Origin: Hyphomicrobiaceae bacterium
Lineage (GTDB): Bacteria; Pseudomonadota; Alphaproteobacteria; Rhizobiales; Hyphomicrobiaceae
Direction of reading: 5' to 3'
NCBI GenBank assembly: GCA_022844225.1
Contig: JALHMC010000015.1
Coordinates: 11,297-75,296, forward strand
DNA: 64,000 nucleotides
Shown: positions 34,505-44,461 of the stretch, piece by piece
How the letters are laid out: the number at the start of each line of letters is the position of its first letter
How positions within the stretch are numbered: the stretch's first letter is position 1
Translations under genes and position numbers: made by a program
The notes under the pieces: generated by a model
Databases searched by the model: none
What the model was told of the DNA's origin: nothing
What the model saw: the letters and a program-made list of their open reading frames with translations, nothing else

Positions 34505-34993
34505 TCACGATGGCACAAGCGCGCCTCTGTGTCGGACCGAAGCACGCAGCAGCACGAGGGACGCCGCCAGAAGAACTGCGTCCTTCAATAGAAACTGCCC
34601 GGGAGCCGCCGAAATCGCAGGAAAGCCGCCGGCAGTCTGCTCCGCGACACCTGGGGTGGTAAGAAAAAATGTCAGGGTGATCAGGTACGTCGTTGCTGAC
34701 ATCAGCGCGCCTAGCGCAGAGAAGAGCGGACGAAATGAACCAACTATCAGAACGAGAGCGGTCGACAGCTCGATAACGCCAATGAAATAGCTTTGCCCCT
34801 GCGTGCCGAACATGCCCAACCAACTCATGATCGGGCTGTGTTCGATAAACGGGGCGATACCAGCGGCCTCGTACGCTGTGAACTTCATCGCGCCGAACCA
34901 CAGAAACACGATCACGAGAGCCCATCTGAGCAGGCCGAGATCCTTCCGGCTGTGCTCTGGGACAAGAAAGTCGTAACGGTCGAAAATGCTCAT
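34505..34993 (-). CDS. DUF417 (YkgB-like) membrane protein
   Basis: LLRWALVIVFLWFGAMKFTAYEA ... FIGVIELSTALVLIVG. GAGGA SD before the ATG at 34993. Confidence 0.7.
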   Translation of the reverse strand: MSIFDRYDFLVPEHSRKDLGLLRWALVIVFLWFGAMKFTAYEAAGIAPFIEHSPIMSWLGMFGTQGQSYFIGVIELSTALVLIVGSFRPLFSALGALMSATTYLITLTFFLTTPGVAEQTAGGFPAISAAPGQFLLKDAVLLAASLVLLRASVRHRGALVPS

Positions 34994-35051
34994 CTTTAAT
35001 TCCTCAACAGCGGTCTCGTGGACGTCTACATTCTTCGGGCAGGCGTTATAG

Positions 35052-35070
35052 TATATGCGCCACGCATACA
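35052..35070. promoter_or_regulatory. palindromic operator S1 (TATATGCG-CCA-CGCATACA)
   Basis: Lies in the divergent DUF417/MarR intergenic region. It matches the same 8-3-8 palindrome family as 37133-37151 and 37173-37191. Confidence 0.5.
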
Positions 35071-35186
35071 CTTATGAGCGAGACATGTCGAGTGGCTTTT
35101 GGCTCGCGCATTGCTTGCTCACGACGCCTCGGGCGAGGAAAGGGTTTAACTTGCTGTCTATGCTCGGCGCACATAAAGATGTGGCC

Positions 35187-35726
35187 ATGGATGGAACTCG
35201 AGATCGAAATATCTTTGGCGCGTTCGCACTCATGATTGGCGACGACATCGTTCGCGCTAGTTCATCGCGGGCGCCGGAAGCTGGACCCGCCGCCTCGGCG
35301 CTGGCGCTGCTTGCACACAAGCCCGGGCTCTCGATCCGCATGCTTGCGGTCGGAGTGGGACTTTCACATGCGGGGGCCGTACGCCTGGTGGATCGATTGG
35401 CGACCGAAGGATTGATTGAGCGTAGGGAGCATTCGACAGACGGGCGCACGCGGTCCCTCTATCTTACCCGAGCCGGGAAGATCGCGAGCGACAAGGTCCT
35501 GGCCTCGCGCGATCAAGTGATTGCCGAAGGGCTATCGATCCTTAAACCACGCGAGCTGAAAATCTTATGCGACATCGCTGAACGCGTTCTGCGCAGTCGC
35601 CTGGAAAGCCTCGAGCAATCATACCGCATCTGCCGCCTGTGCTGCTACGAGGGCTGCACGAACTGTCCCATCGATGCCGAATTGCTTGAGCGAGGTGTAG
35701 ACCGCGAGAATGACGATGACGGGTAG
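35187..35726 (+). CDS. MarR-family regulator with C-terminal Cys cluster
   Basis: Winged HTH: LSIRMLAVGVGLSHAGAVRLVDRLATEGLIERREHSTDGRTRSLYLT. The C-terminus is YRICRLCCYEGCTNCP. The start is uncertain. Confidence 0.8.
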   Translation: MDGTRDRNIFGAFALMIGDDIVRASSSRAPEAGPAASALALLAHKPGLSIRMLAVGVGLSHAGAVRLVDRLATEGLIERREHSTDGRTRSLYLTRAGKIASDKVLASRDQVIAEGLSILKPRELKILCDIAERVLRSRLESLEQSYRICRLCCYEGCTNCPIDAELLERGVDRENDDDG

Positions 35727-35806
35727 CAGAACGACGCCGCTCCTCGCCTGAAGCGGCGCGTCGCGCTTGCGGCCCTGTCCATCGTGAACAGGCATCTCCG
35801 ACTTGC

Positions 35807-37033
35807 TCAAGCCAGCTTCGTGGATACCGGAGCCTGACTGGCGCTGCAGAGTTCGGTCTGCACGTCTGAACCCCGGATAAGACTTAAATCCACGGGACAC
35901 CGATCAGCGATTGCGAGGATCCGAGCGCGCTGATCATCACTCAGCGGCCCATCAAGGACGATGGTACGGTTGAATCGGTCGGGCGGCATCATGTCCGGCA
36001 CTTTCTCGTGCTGAACGGTCGTGCTCGCGCGTTCGAGCGGAAAGCCCTTGCGGTTCGCGTAAAGACGCATCGTCATCACCGTGCAGGCTGCGAGGCCGGC
36101 AGATACCAGTTCGTAAGGAGATAGCCCGGTTCCGAGACCACCGACCGATGCTGGCTCATCGGCGAACAGAGTGTGCTCGCCGCTGCGGATCTTGAGCCGG
36201 AACAAACCCTCAAGCGTTTCGGTGGCGACAACGCCCTGGGCAACCTCGACCTGCGAAAGATCCTCCTTGAGCGGCGGGAGAAAACGGCTTGCCCATGCCG
36301 CCACCATAGCCGATGCGTAGTTCGCATCTGCAACGTCCGTGAGAAGGTGATCCGCTGTGTCGAGCGAGATGAAGCTTTTAGGATGCTTGGACGCGACGAA
36401 GATGCGCGACGCGTGGTCAATGCCGACCACCTGATCCAGCGGAGAATGCATGACTAGGACCGGACGTCGCAGGGAGACAATGGCCTTCTCGACGTCGATC
36501 CCCTCAATCGCCTCTAGGAAGCTGTTGCGAATGAGGAAGGGTCTGCCGGCGATCTCCACCGAGGCCTCGCCCTCGCTTGCGATGGTGTCTAGATCGCTCG
36601 GCCGGAAAACGCGCAGGATATGCTGAAGGTCGGCGGGCGCACCGATCGTCGCCACAGCCGCAACGTCAGGCAACTCGGTCGCGGCTATGATCGCAGCAGT
36701 GCCACCCAGGCTGTGCCCGACAAGGAGGGAGGGTGACATGCCCGCTGCCGCCATTGCCTTTGCGGCTGCACGAAGGTCCTCGACGTCCGACGCGAAACTG
36801 ACCGGTTCCCCCGTCCCGCCGCCGATCCCTGTTCCGGCGAAATCGAACCTCAAGACCCCGATGCCTGCACGCGACAGCGCGCGCGAGATGTAAACGGCGG
36901 CGCGACTGTCTTTCCCGCAGGTGAAGCAGTGGGCGAAGATCGCCCAGCCCCGCGGCGTCCCCTCTGGCGGTTCGAGGTTCCCGGAAAGCTGAGAGCCAGC
37001 CCCACTAGCAAACGTGAATGTTGTTTCTGCCAT
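35807..37033 (-). CDS. bifunctional alpha/beta hydrolase - OsmC family protein
   Basis: Nucleophile elbow LLVGHSLGG. C-terminal OsmC motif GLSPYELVSAGLAACTVMTMRLYA. Confidence 0.85.
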   Translation of the reverse strand: MAETTFTFASGAGSQLSGNLEPPEGTPRGWAIFAHCFTCGKDSRAAVYISRALSRAGIGVLRFDFAGTGIGGGTGEPVSFASDVEDLRAAAKAMAAAGMSPSLLVGHSLGGTAAIIAATELPDVAAVATIGAPADLQHILRVFRPSDLDTIASEGEASVEIAGRPFLIRNSFLEAIEGIDVEKAIVSLRRPVLVMHSPLDQVVGIDHASRIFVASKHPKSFISLDTADHLLTDVADANYASAMVAAWASRFLPPLKEDLSQVEVAQGVVATETLEGLFRLKIRSGEHTLFADEPASVGGLGTGLSPYELVSAGLAACTVMTMRLYANRKGFPLERASTTVQHEKVPDMMPPDRFNRTIVLDGPLSDDQRARILAIADRCPVDLSLIRGSDVQTELCSASQAPVSTKLA

Positions 37034-37132
37034 GTCCAGACCCTCTAGCACGCGGCGTGGCGGTTGCGCTGCCGGAACCTTCGACGGAGCTGAGCGCACC
37101 GCCGACCAGTAGTCGTAACCGTTGTATCATTT

Positions 37133-37191
37133 TATATGCGTGACGCATATAGACAAGTCGCAAACCCATGACTATATGCGCCAAGCATATA
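37133..37191. promoter_or_regulatory. two palindromic operators S2 (TATATGCG-TGA-CGCATATA, perfect) and S3 (TATATGCG-CCA-AGCATATA), 40 bp apart
   Basis: They lie in the divergent hydrolase-OsmC / LysR intergenic region. Confidence 0.5.
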
Positions 37192-37261
37192 CTTCTGCGG
37201 CCTGCTTCCCGAAGGCGGTCTCACGGAACAAACAACAGTCAGGCGCATGGGCCAAAGGACT

Positions 37262-38137
37262 ATGGAACTTAATCAAGTCAGCTATTTCATCAACTTGGCC
37301 GACACGCTGAATTTCACAGCGGCTGCTCGCTTGAGCGGTGTGTCACAGCCAAGTCTGACCCGCGCGATCCGCCGCCTGGAAGAAGAGCTTGGCGGGCCAC
37401 TGATCTATCGCGACGGGAAGAACAGCCGCCTCACTGGCCTGGGCCACGACGTCGAGGCAGAGTTTCAGCGTGTGATGGCCGCGTTGAAGAGCGTCCGCAA
37501 TCACTCTGAGAACTGGGCGAGGGGCGGGCACCGCGTGCTGAATGTCGCCGTAGCGCCCAGTGTGGGACCAAAAGAGTTTGCGGCGTTTTTCGAGAGCGCA
37601 TTGGCGGAAATGCCTTCCATCGAAATCAAGCTGCACTCGCTCCAGTCGAACGAGGACACATCGGAGGTTCTTTCTGGAAAATACCATGCGTGCATCCTGC
37701 CGCGTGAAAAAAGACCGCAACGCAAGCTGGATGTGCGTCGTCTGTTTCGGGAGCGCTTCGTGCTCGGCTGTTCTGCAAACCATCGTTTAGCGGCTAGCGA
37801 GATCGTGCGCGGCGAAGACCTGCTCAAGTTTCCTTTCGTTGATCGCCTGAGATGCGAGGTTCGCGATCAGGTCCTCGATCACTTCGCCCGACGGGACTTG
37901 CTCATGAAGCCCCGCTTTCGATCAGATCGCGAGGACTGGGTGCAACGGTTCGTCGCCGACGGCCACGCCATATGCATTCTTCCGGAACGATCGGCCACTG
38001 CGCACGGCCTCGTCACTCGGCCGATCGACGGCTTTTTATTAGAGCGCGAAGTCGTCATTGCGACGGTATCCGGCTCCACGGCAACGGTTGAGATACGGAA
38101 GATCGCGCAGCTGGCAGCACGGTACGAGTGGAACTGA
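37262..38137 (+). CDS. LysR-family transcriptional regulator
   Basis: N-terminal HTH: MELNQVSYFINLADTLNFTAAARLSGVSQPSLTRAIRRLEEELG. Typical length for the family. Confidence 0.9.
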   Translation: MELNQVSYFINLADTLNFTAAARLSGVSQPSLTRAIRRLEEELGGPLIYRDGKNSRLTGLGHDVEAEFQRVMAALKSVRNHSENWARGGHRVLNVAVAPSVGPKEFAAFFESALAEMPSIEIKLHSLQSNEDTSEVLSGKYHACILPREKRPQRKLDVRRLFRERFVLGCSANHRLAASEIVRGEDLLKFPFVDRLRCEVRDQVLDHFARRDLLMKPRFRSDREDWVQRFVADGHAICILPERSATAHGLVTRPIDGFLLEREVVIATVSGSTATVEIRKIAQLAARYEWN

Positions 38138-38172
38138 ATGACGACGTGAAGAGCGGAGGCGCTATGGAAACT

Positions 38173-38187
38173 ATACGCACAGCGTAT
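38173..38187. promoter_or_regulatory. ATACGC-ACA-GCGTAT palindrome (T-N11-A type LTTR box candidate) upstream of msrB
   Basis: Perfect 6-3-6 inverted repeat between the lysR stop and the msrB start. Confidence 0.3.
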
Positions 38188-38342
38188 TGGATATATCTAA
38201 CGCGCATTGCAATAGTTAGCGTAATAACATGAAAACTAACCGGCAGTATGTCTGGCCCTTTAGATAAGTATTGGATAGCATCATGATGTTTAAAATCAGA
38301 AGACATCAGATTTCGTCCGCAACACAGAGTTTGGATACTATT

Positions 38343-38786
38343 ATGAAGTTTGAAAAGACCCAGACGGCAGTTGACCGCCTGACGCCCGAGCAACGCCGGA
38401 TAACTCAGGAGTCGGGAACCGAAAGACCCTTCACAGGAGAGCTCAACGACAACAAGGAGCCTGGCATTTACGTCGATGTGGTGTCGGGGGAGCCGCTGTT
38501 CGCCTCGACGGACAAGTTCGACTCCGGTTCTGGCTGGCCCAGCTTCACGAAGCCGATCGTTGCGGCAAACGTGAATGAACTGCGGGACGACGCGCACGGC
38601 ATGGTCCGGACGGAAGTCAGGTCGGTACACGCCGACAGCCATCTCGGCCACGTGTTCCCGGACGGTCCATCCGACCGCGGCGGTCTGCGCTACTGCATCA
38701 ACTCAGCGTCCCTTCGCTTCATTCCACGCGACGAAATGGAGGCTGAGGGATACGGCGAATATCTCGATCAGGTAGAGGAGGCTTAA
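38343..38786 (+). CDS. msrB: peptide-methionine (R)-S-oxide reductase MsrB
   Basis: [28 protein letters not shown] ... [10 protein letters not shown]...[13 protein letters not shown]. Confidence 0.95.
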   Translation: MKFEKTQTAVDRLTPEQRRITQESGTERPFTGELNDNKEPGIYVDVVSGEPLFASTDKFDSGSGWPSFTKPIVAANVNELRDDAHGMVRTEVRSVHADSHLGHVFPDGPSDRGGLRYCINSASLRFIPRDEMEAEGYGEYLDQVEEA

Positions 38787-38787
38787 C

Positions 38788-39372
38788 ATGCATGAGCGCG
38801 CTGTTCTCGCAGGAGGTTGTTTCTGGGGCATGCAGGATCTAATCCGCAAGCGGCCCGGCATCATCTCTACTCGTGTGGGGTACACCGGCGGAGACGTTCC
38901 CAACGCCACTTATCGCAATCACGGCACGCATGCCGAAGGGATCGAGATCGTGTTCGACCCGGCGGTGACGAGCTACCGCAACATCCTCGAATACTTCTTC
39001 CAGATCCACGATCCGACGACGAAGAACCGCCAGGGAAATGACCGGGGGCTCTCCTACCGGTCTGGCATCTATTACGTCGATGAGGAGCAGAAGCGCGTCG
39101 CCGAGGAGACGATCGCCGATGTGGATGCCTCCGGGCTGTGGAATGGCAAAGTGGTCACCGAGGTTGAGCCCGTAGGTGAGTTCTGGGAGGCCGAGCCGGA
39201 ACACCAGGATTATCTGGAGAAACGGCCTAACGGCTACACCTGTCACTTCCCCCGTGCCGACTGGGTGCTACCAAAGCGCCAGAACGCCGATGTGCAGCCC
39301 GCAGCCGGAACTGCAGCGGAACAGGCTTCACGGCCGTTGCCTCTGCGCGGGTCGGGTCCGCAATCTTCGTGA
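38788..39372 (+). CDS. msrA: peptide-methionine (S)-S-oxide reductase MsrA
   Basis: [14 protein letters not shown] ... GYTGG...[20 protein letters not shown] ... [19 protein letters not shown]. Confidence 0.95.
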   Translation: MHERAVLAGGCFWGMQDLIRKRPGIISTRVGYTGGDVPNATYRNHGTHAEGIEIVFDPAVTSYRNILEYFFQIHDPTTKNRQGNDRGLSYRSGIYYVDEEQKRVAEETIADVDASGLWNGKVVTEVEPVGEFWEAEPEHQDYLEKRPNGYTCHFPRADWVLPKRQNADVQPAAGTAAEQASRPLPLRGSGPQSS

Positions 39373-39398
39373 CCGCTTCGCAGCCAGGATATTGAACT

Positions 39399-40103
39399 AT
39401 GCCAGACCTCTCTTCCTTTCCGATTACGCATCGCTGGCCGGCATCTCATCCCGATCGCCTGCAGCTTTACGCAGCTCCCACGCCCAATGGCGTCAAGGTC
39501 TCGATCATGCTGGAGGAGACTGGCCTGGCGTACGAGCCCCACCTGATCGATATCTCAAACAACGAGTCAAAGGACCCGGCGTTCGTGTCGTTAAATCCGA
39601 ACGGCCGCATACCGGCGATCATCGATCCGGTGGGTCCTGACGGTACGCCCATTGCCGTATGGGAATCCGGTGCGATCCTCATCTACCTCGCCGACAAGAC
39701 GGGCCAGCTCATGCCGAGCGCACCCACCAAACGTTACGAAACTCTGAGCTGGGTGTTCTTCCAGATGTCAGCCATCGGGCCGATCTTCGGTCAGCTTGGC
39801 TTCTTCCTGCGATGGGGCGGCAAGGACTACGAGGACAAGCGGCCTCTTCAGCGCTTTGCCGAAGAGTCCAAGCGTCTGCTGGGCGTTTTGGATCGCCAGC
39901 TCGAAGGCCGCGACTGGATCGTCGACGATTATTCAATCGCGGACATCGCGACGCTCGGATGGGTCAATGCGTTGGTTGATTCGTACGCTGCTGGCGACGT
40001 CCTTAGCTTCAGCACCTATTCGAACATCCAAGCATGGCTCGGACGCGGGCTAGCCCGACCAGCAGTACAACGTGGCCTGCGAATTCCTGCGAGGCCCGCA
40101 TGA
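39399..40103 (+). CDS. glutathione S-transferase family protein (YfcG/YghU-like)
   Basis: TPNGVKVSIMLEE ... LNPNGRIPAIIDP ... ESGAILIYLADK. A C-terminal GST helical domain is present. Confidence 0.85.
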   Translation: MPDLSSFPITHRWPASHPDRLQLYAAPTPNGVKVSIMLEETGLAYEPHLIDISNNESKDPAFVSLNPNGRIPAIIDPVGPDGTPIAVWESGAILIYLADKTGQLMPSAPTKRYETLSWVFFQMSAIGPIFGQLGFFLRWGGKDYEDKRPLQRFAEESKRLLGVLDRQLEGRDWIVDDYSIADIATLGWVNALVDSYAAGDVLSFSTYSNIQAWLGRGLARPAVQRGLRIPARPA

Positions 40104-41068
40104 GCGTCATCGCCGCCTACTATTACAAAGACGGCAAGCGCGTTCGGAAAATCGCGATTGATGAGCACGTCGAGCTGGACAAGAGTCGCTCGGGTTTCTG
40201 CTGGATCGCGCTTTGCGCGCCCACCGCCGAGGAACTTAGCGCGCTCCAGGCGACATATAATCTCCATCCGTTGGCAGTCGATAACGCGATGCACCCGCTC
40301 TGCCCGCCCAAGCTCGAAGTCTACAACGATGAGCTTTATGTCGTCACTCAGACCGCCGAGTTGGTCGGCGACCGGATCAGCTATGGCAAGATGGCGATCT
40401 TCACCGGTCACAATCATCTCATCACCGTACGGCACGGCAATGGCGGCGCGCTGGGCAACCTTCGGGCACAACTCGAAGCATCTCCGGCGCTCTTCGGAAA
40501 GGGTGTCGACTACGTACTGCACGCAATCTTGCACCGCATCGTCGACCAGTATTTACCCATCTTCGAGATGATCGAGGATGATGTCCTGGCGATGGAGAAA
40601 CGGTCGTTAGATGACTTTCTCGGACGAGAGGAAGTCGCCCGCATCTTCGGACTGCGAGGCGAACTTACGCGCTTCCAGCGCACACTTGGGGCCATGGGCG
40701 AGTTGGTGCGAAAGCTCGTTCGCGGCCACTTTCCCTGCATCAGCGCTGAAATGAGACCGTACTTCAACGACGTCGCGGATCATGTCGATCGCGTGCAGTC
40801 CATGGTCAACGGTCTCCTTCTCGGCCTGTCGACGGTCTTTGAATTCAGCAGCCTTCTGGAAGCTCAAAGGACGGGTGTGATCACCCGCCAGCTCGCTGCT
40901 TGGGCGGCAATACTGGCAGTCCCGACGGCGATCGCTGGAATCTACGGCATGAACTTCAAGCACATGCCGGAACTAGACACGGCTTACGGATACTTCGTCG
41001 TTGTCGGGCTGATACTGATCGCCTGCCTTTACTTGTTCGTGCGCTTCAAGAAGGCCAAGTGGCTATGA
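40100..41068 (+). CDS. corA: CorA-family magnesium/cobalt transporter
   Basis: The GIYGMNFKHMPEL signature is followed by a terminal TM helix. The ATG overlaps the GST stop (ATGA). Confidence 0.9.
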   Translation: MSVIAAYYYKDGKRVRKIAIDEHVELDKSRSGFCWIALCAPTAEELSALQATYNLHPLAVDNAMHPLCPPKLEVYNDELYVVTQTAELVGDRISYGKMAIFTGHNHLITVRHGNGGALGNLRAQLEASPALFGKGVDYVLHAILHRIVDQYLPIFEMIEDDVLAMEKRSLDDFLGREEVARIFGLRGELTRFQRTLGAMGELVRKLVRGHFPCISAEMRPYFNDVADHVDRVQSMVNGLLLGLSTVFEFSSLLEAQRTGVITRQLAAWAAILAVPTAIAGIYGMNFKHMPELDTAYGYFVVVGLILIACLYLFVRFKKAKWL

Positions 41069-41162
41069 TTAGCGCGCATCACGTCCTTCGCCGGCAACTG
41101 ACAGATCACAGCGCCCCTTCTGCGCGAGCGTGTCCAATCCAACTCGAGATGAAGGTGCGTCC

Positions 41163-41735
41163 ATGACTACGCAAGTGACTGACGTTTTAGAAGCAGTCCA
41201 GTCGTTCATCGCCAGGGGCTATGATCGGGAGTACCGCGTCAAGGACGGTCAACTCGTCGATCTTGAACTAGGATCGGCCCTCGATCCGTGCGCCATTCGC
41301 GTCGACGCAGCGTTGCGACTTGAAAGCGGGGATGATGCTGAAGACGCCTCCAACATTTACGCCATTACCGATCCAGCGACCGAACATAAAGGCTTGTTGA
41401 TCGACGCGTTCGATGTGTTCGACGAAATGTGTCACCGGGACCTTTCGGATCGGCTTATGGCGCATCGGGAAATCACGCCAGCGGGTGACCAGGATGTGCC
41501 GAGCAAGCACGGACTGCGCAAAGTCTACAAGAGCGAGTTTCACCGCGACCCCGAGCGTTACGTACTGCGGGAGGGCTTTCCAGACTTCCCGGCATGCCCC
41601 TTCGGCGGAGCCTTCAGCATCCTCGGTTTCGATACCGTCGAGCAGTCATATGTGTGGCTCGTTACAAGCATCATCCGAGATTCGCGGCTGATTAGGCTCC
41701 CCTACCAGGGAGAAGGGGTCATCAGCGATGAGTAG
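41163..41735 (+). CDS. hypothetical protein
   Basis: 190-aa ORF with coding-like composition. No motif recognised. Confidence 0.5.
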   Translation: MTTQVTDVLEAVQSFIARGYDREYRVKDGQLVDLELGSALDPCAIRVDAALRLESGDDAEDASNIYAITDPATEHKGLLIDAFDVFDEMCHRDLSDRLMAHREITPAGDQDVPSKHGLRKVYKSEFHRDPERYVLREGFPDFPACPFGGAFSILGFDTVEQSYVWLVTSIIRDSRLIRLPYQGEGVISDE

Positions 41736-41818
41736 CCGGATCGCCGAGCCTGTGAGGTTTCCACAAGGCTGGTCACGGACCAGCCTGCTGCAACTTTTAA
41801 TGATCGAGATCCAACGAG

Positions 41819-42274
41819 GTGATGATGGAATGGAATAAAGACCACATCCGGGAAACTATGTTTTCTCTGGAGACCGCAGCCCTTGATAGCGCTCGCGACA
41901 ATTATCTGGAGTATGTCTCCACCGCCCGGCTTGATCGGACCGAACCGATCGAGAACGACGAGCATGCTCAGGCCGAAGTCGCGAGCGATTTCGCTGAAGC
42001 GCTTGATGACACACTCCACGACTATGCCGATAAACTCGACAAGCTCAGGACGATCGACTTCGGACCGAAGTCAGTCGTCACCGAAGGCGCTGTCGTCAAG
42101 CTGTCCGGCCGCCACTTCGTGATCGCAGTATCAACGAGCAAGTTCAAATGTCAGGGGCGTGAGCTCATGGGCATTTCGACGATGGCACCAATTTTCGAAG
42201 CGATCGAAGGCGCCCGAGCGGGAGAAACCGTGCGGTTCAAAGGCCGGGATCTCACAGTCGAAGACGTGGCATAG
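41819..42274 (+). CDS. GreA/GreB C-terminal domain-like protein
   Basis: VVTEGAVVKLSG...GISTMAPIFEAIEGARAGETVRFKGRDLTVEDV matches the Gre C-terminal pattern (IS..SP....L.G...G..V). Confidence 0.55.
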   Translation: MMMEWNKDHIRETMFSLETAALDSARDNYLEYVSTARLDRTEPIENDEHAQAEVASDFAEALDDTLHDYADKLDKLRTIDFGPKSVVTEGAVVKLSGRHFVIAVSTSKFKCQGRELMGISTMAPIFEAIEGARAGETVRFKGRDLTVEDVA

Positions 42275-42310
42275 GGCGGCTTCTCGTCAATCCATCAAGT
42301 TGGAGACACA

Positions 42311-43324
42311 ATGAAGGCAGTTGGTTACAAAGTTCCGGGATCCATCGCCGAGGATGCCTCGCTGGTCGACATCGATCTGCCTCGGCCCGTCGCTGCAGGA
42401 TGCGACATCCTGGTCGAGATTAAGGCCGTCTCAGTCAACCCGGTCGACTACAAGGTCCGCAACAGCACGCCGCCCGCCAACGGTGATTGGAAGGTGCTGG
42501 GATGGGATGCCGCCGGGATCGTTCGCGAGGTCGGCCCCGACGTGACGCAGTTTAAGTCAGGCGACGAGGTCTATTATGCCGGATCGATCACACGGCCCGG
42601 GACCAACGCGCAGTTTCATCTCGTCGACGCCCGGATCGTCGGTCGCAGACCCGCGTCGCTCTCCTGGGCCGAAGCGGCGGCGCTGCCACTGACGGCGTTG
42701 ACGGCCTGGGAGGCGATGTTCGACCGCTTGGACGTGGCGAAGCCGGTGCCCGGTGCGGCGCCGGCTATCGTTATCATCGGTGGCGCGGGCGGGGTTGGGT
42801 CGATTGCCATCCAGATCGCGCGACAGCGCACGGACCTCACCGTCATCGCCACCGCCTCTCGACCGGAAACGCAGGAGTGGGTGAAGGGGCTCGGCGCTCA
42901 TCACGTCATCGACCATTCACGTCCGCTTGCGGCACAAATTGCCGAGCTCGGCATTGGCGCTCCTGCTTTCGTCTTTTCGACTACGCATACCGAACAGCAT
43001 GTCGCCGACATCGCCGAACTGATCGCCCCGCAAGGACGCTTCGCGCTGATCGACGATCCAAAGACAGTCGATATCATGGTGTTCAAACGCAAGGCGGTGT
43101 CGATCCACCACGAGCTGATGTTCACACGGTCGATCTACAACACGCCCGACATGAATGAGCAGGGCAAGATCCTCGATGCGCTGGCAGCGCTGGTCGACGA
43201 AGGCAAAATTCGCACGACGCTGACCCAACGACTGTCGCCAATCAATGCTGCCAATCTAAAGACGGCCCATGCGCAGAGCGAAAGTGGCGCAGCAAAAGGC
43301 AAGATCGTCCTCGAAGGCTTCTGA
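42311..43324 (+). CDS. zinc-binding alcohol dehydrogenase / quinone oxidoreductase family (MDR)
   Basis: VEIKAVSVNPVDYKVR ... GWDAAGIV ... Rossmann motif VIIGGAGGVGSIAIQIA. Confidence 0.9.
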   Translation: MKAVGYKVPGSIAEDASLVDIDLPRPVAAGCDILVEIKAVSVNPVDYKVRNSTPPANGDWKVLGWDAAGIVREVGPDVTQFKSGDEVYYAGSITRPGTNAQFHLVDARIVGRRPASLSWAEAAALPLTALTAWEAMFDRLDVAKPVPGAAPAIVIIGGAGGVGSIAIQIARQRTDLTVIATASRPETQEWVKGLGAHHVIDHSRPLAAQIAELGIGAPAFVFSTTHTEQHVADIAELIAPQGRFALIDDPKTVDIMVFKRKAVSIHHELMFTRSIYNTPDMNEQGKILDALAALVDEGKIRTTLTQRLSPINAANLKTAHAQSESGAAKGKIVLEGF

Positions 43325-43397
43325 TGATCGCTACCGCCAAGCATCTCTTCCAACCCCAAGACGGCCGGACGGATCACGCACCGGCGAAGGAAATTCT

Positions 43398-43829
43398 ATG
43401 ACCAAATCCATTGCCACCGCCTCGATCAACCGCCAAACCGCAGTCGCCCTCATCGACGCGGCGATTACCGCGGCCGGCGCAATCGGCATCCCGGCTGCCG
43501 TCGCCATCGTTGATGCTACCGGTAACTTGCGCGCGTTTCAGCGCACCGACGACGCGCCGTTTCTCACCGTTGATGTTGCCGTCGATAAGGCTTGGAGCTC
43601 GGCCTCGTTTGGATTCCCGACCCATGTCTGGAATGACTATGTGACCAACGATCCAAAAGTGGCGCCCCTAGCGTATCGCCCCCGTATGGTCGCTGTCGGC
43701 GGCGGCTATCCGATCCTGGAAGACGGGAAGTTGATCGGTGGGATCGGCATCTCCGGAGGCACGTACCAGCAGGATCAAGATGCGTGCGTCGAGGCACTCA
43801 AGAAAATCGGGTTCCAGCTACCAGCTTGA
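43398..43829 (+). CDS. GlcG/HbpS-like heme-binding protein (DUF336)
   Basis: AVAIVDATGNLRAFQRTDDAP....DVAVDKAWSSASF ... GGGYPI..DGKLIGGIGISGG...QDQ. Confidence 0.8.
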   Translation: MTKSIATASINRQTAVALIDAAITAAGAIGIPAAVAIVDATGNLRAFQRTDDAPFLTVDVAVDKAWSSASFGFPTHVWNDYVTNDPKVAPLAYRPRMVAVGGGYPILEDGKLIGGIGISGGTYQQDQDACVEALKKIGFQLPA

Positions 43830-43851
43830 CGCTGAGCCAACGGCGCATTGG

Positions 43852-44322
43852 TTACGCTTGCCCCAGTTCGTTCACGAGGTGGTCCGCGTCGAGATGGAAG
43901 TCCGAGAATACGATGCGGCCGCCAGCGTCGATAACCGTGAACCAAGGCGTTCCTCGGGTGCGGTAGTCTTCCATGAAGGAAGGATACTTCGCGCCGGCCG
44001 GTGGCACGTCATGACCGAAAGCGACAGGAAGCTCATACTGGAGCTGGTTCACGCGCAGCTGCTCGAAGGTGTTCTCTTGCGCCCCTTCGAAAACGGTCTG
44101 GATCACAGCGAAGCCGACACCCCTCGGTGCAAGCGCGGCATGCAATCGTTGCAACGTCGGAAACCCATGCAAGTGGCACCCAGGGCACCAGTGCTGGAAG
44201 GCGAACAAGATCTTTGGACCAGCCCCGACATCCGACAGCTTGAGCGGCGCGATGCTAGCGCCATCGTCGCCAATCCATTTCTGCACCCGTAGCTCAGGCG
44301 CTTGTCGTTCAGCCAGGCTCAT
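43852..44322 (-). CDS. thioredoxin-fold (redoxin/TlpA-like) protein
   Basis: KILFAFQHWCPGCHLHGFP contains the CxxC active site. Start MSLAERQ at 44322. Confidence 0.75.
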   Translation of the reverse strand: MSLAERQAPELRVQKWIGDDGASIAPLKLSDVGAGPKILFAFQHWCPGCHLHGFPTLQRLHAALAPRGVGFAVIQTVFEGAQENTFEQLRVNQLQYELPVAFGHDVPPAGAKYPSFMEDYRTRGTPWFTVIDAGGRIVFSDFHLDADHLVNELGQA

Positions 44323-44461
44323 CGATCCTCCAACCCCGATGCAGAACCCCGGTAAATGGTCGCGCGTCGCAACAGCACGCCAAACCGGCAATGCGTCTCT
44401 CTCCCGACCTCTTGATCCGGCAGAAAATCTCCCGGCGTTGAGACCCCTTGGAAAGCCCCCA

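Noticed and set aside
38055-38651. 198-aa minus-strand ORF.
   Set aside because: It is antisense to msrB and to the lysR 3' end, and the msrB signature motifs are unambiguous on the plus strand.
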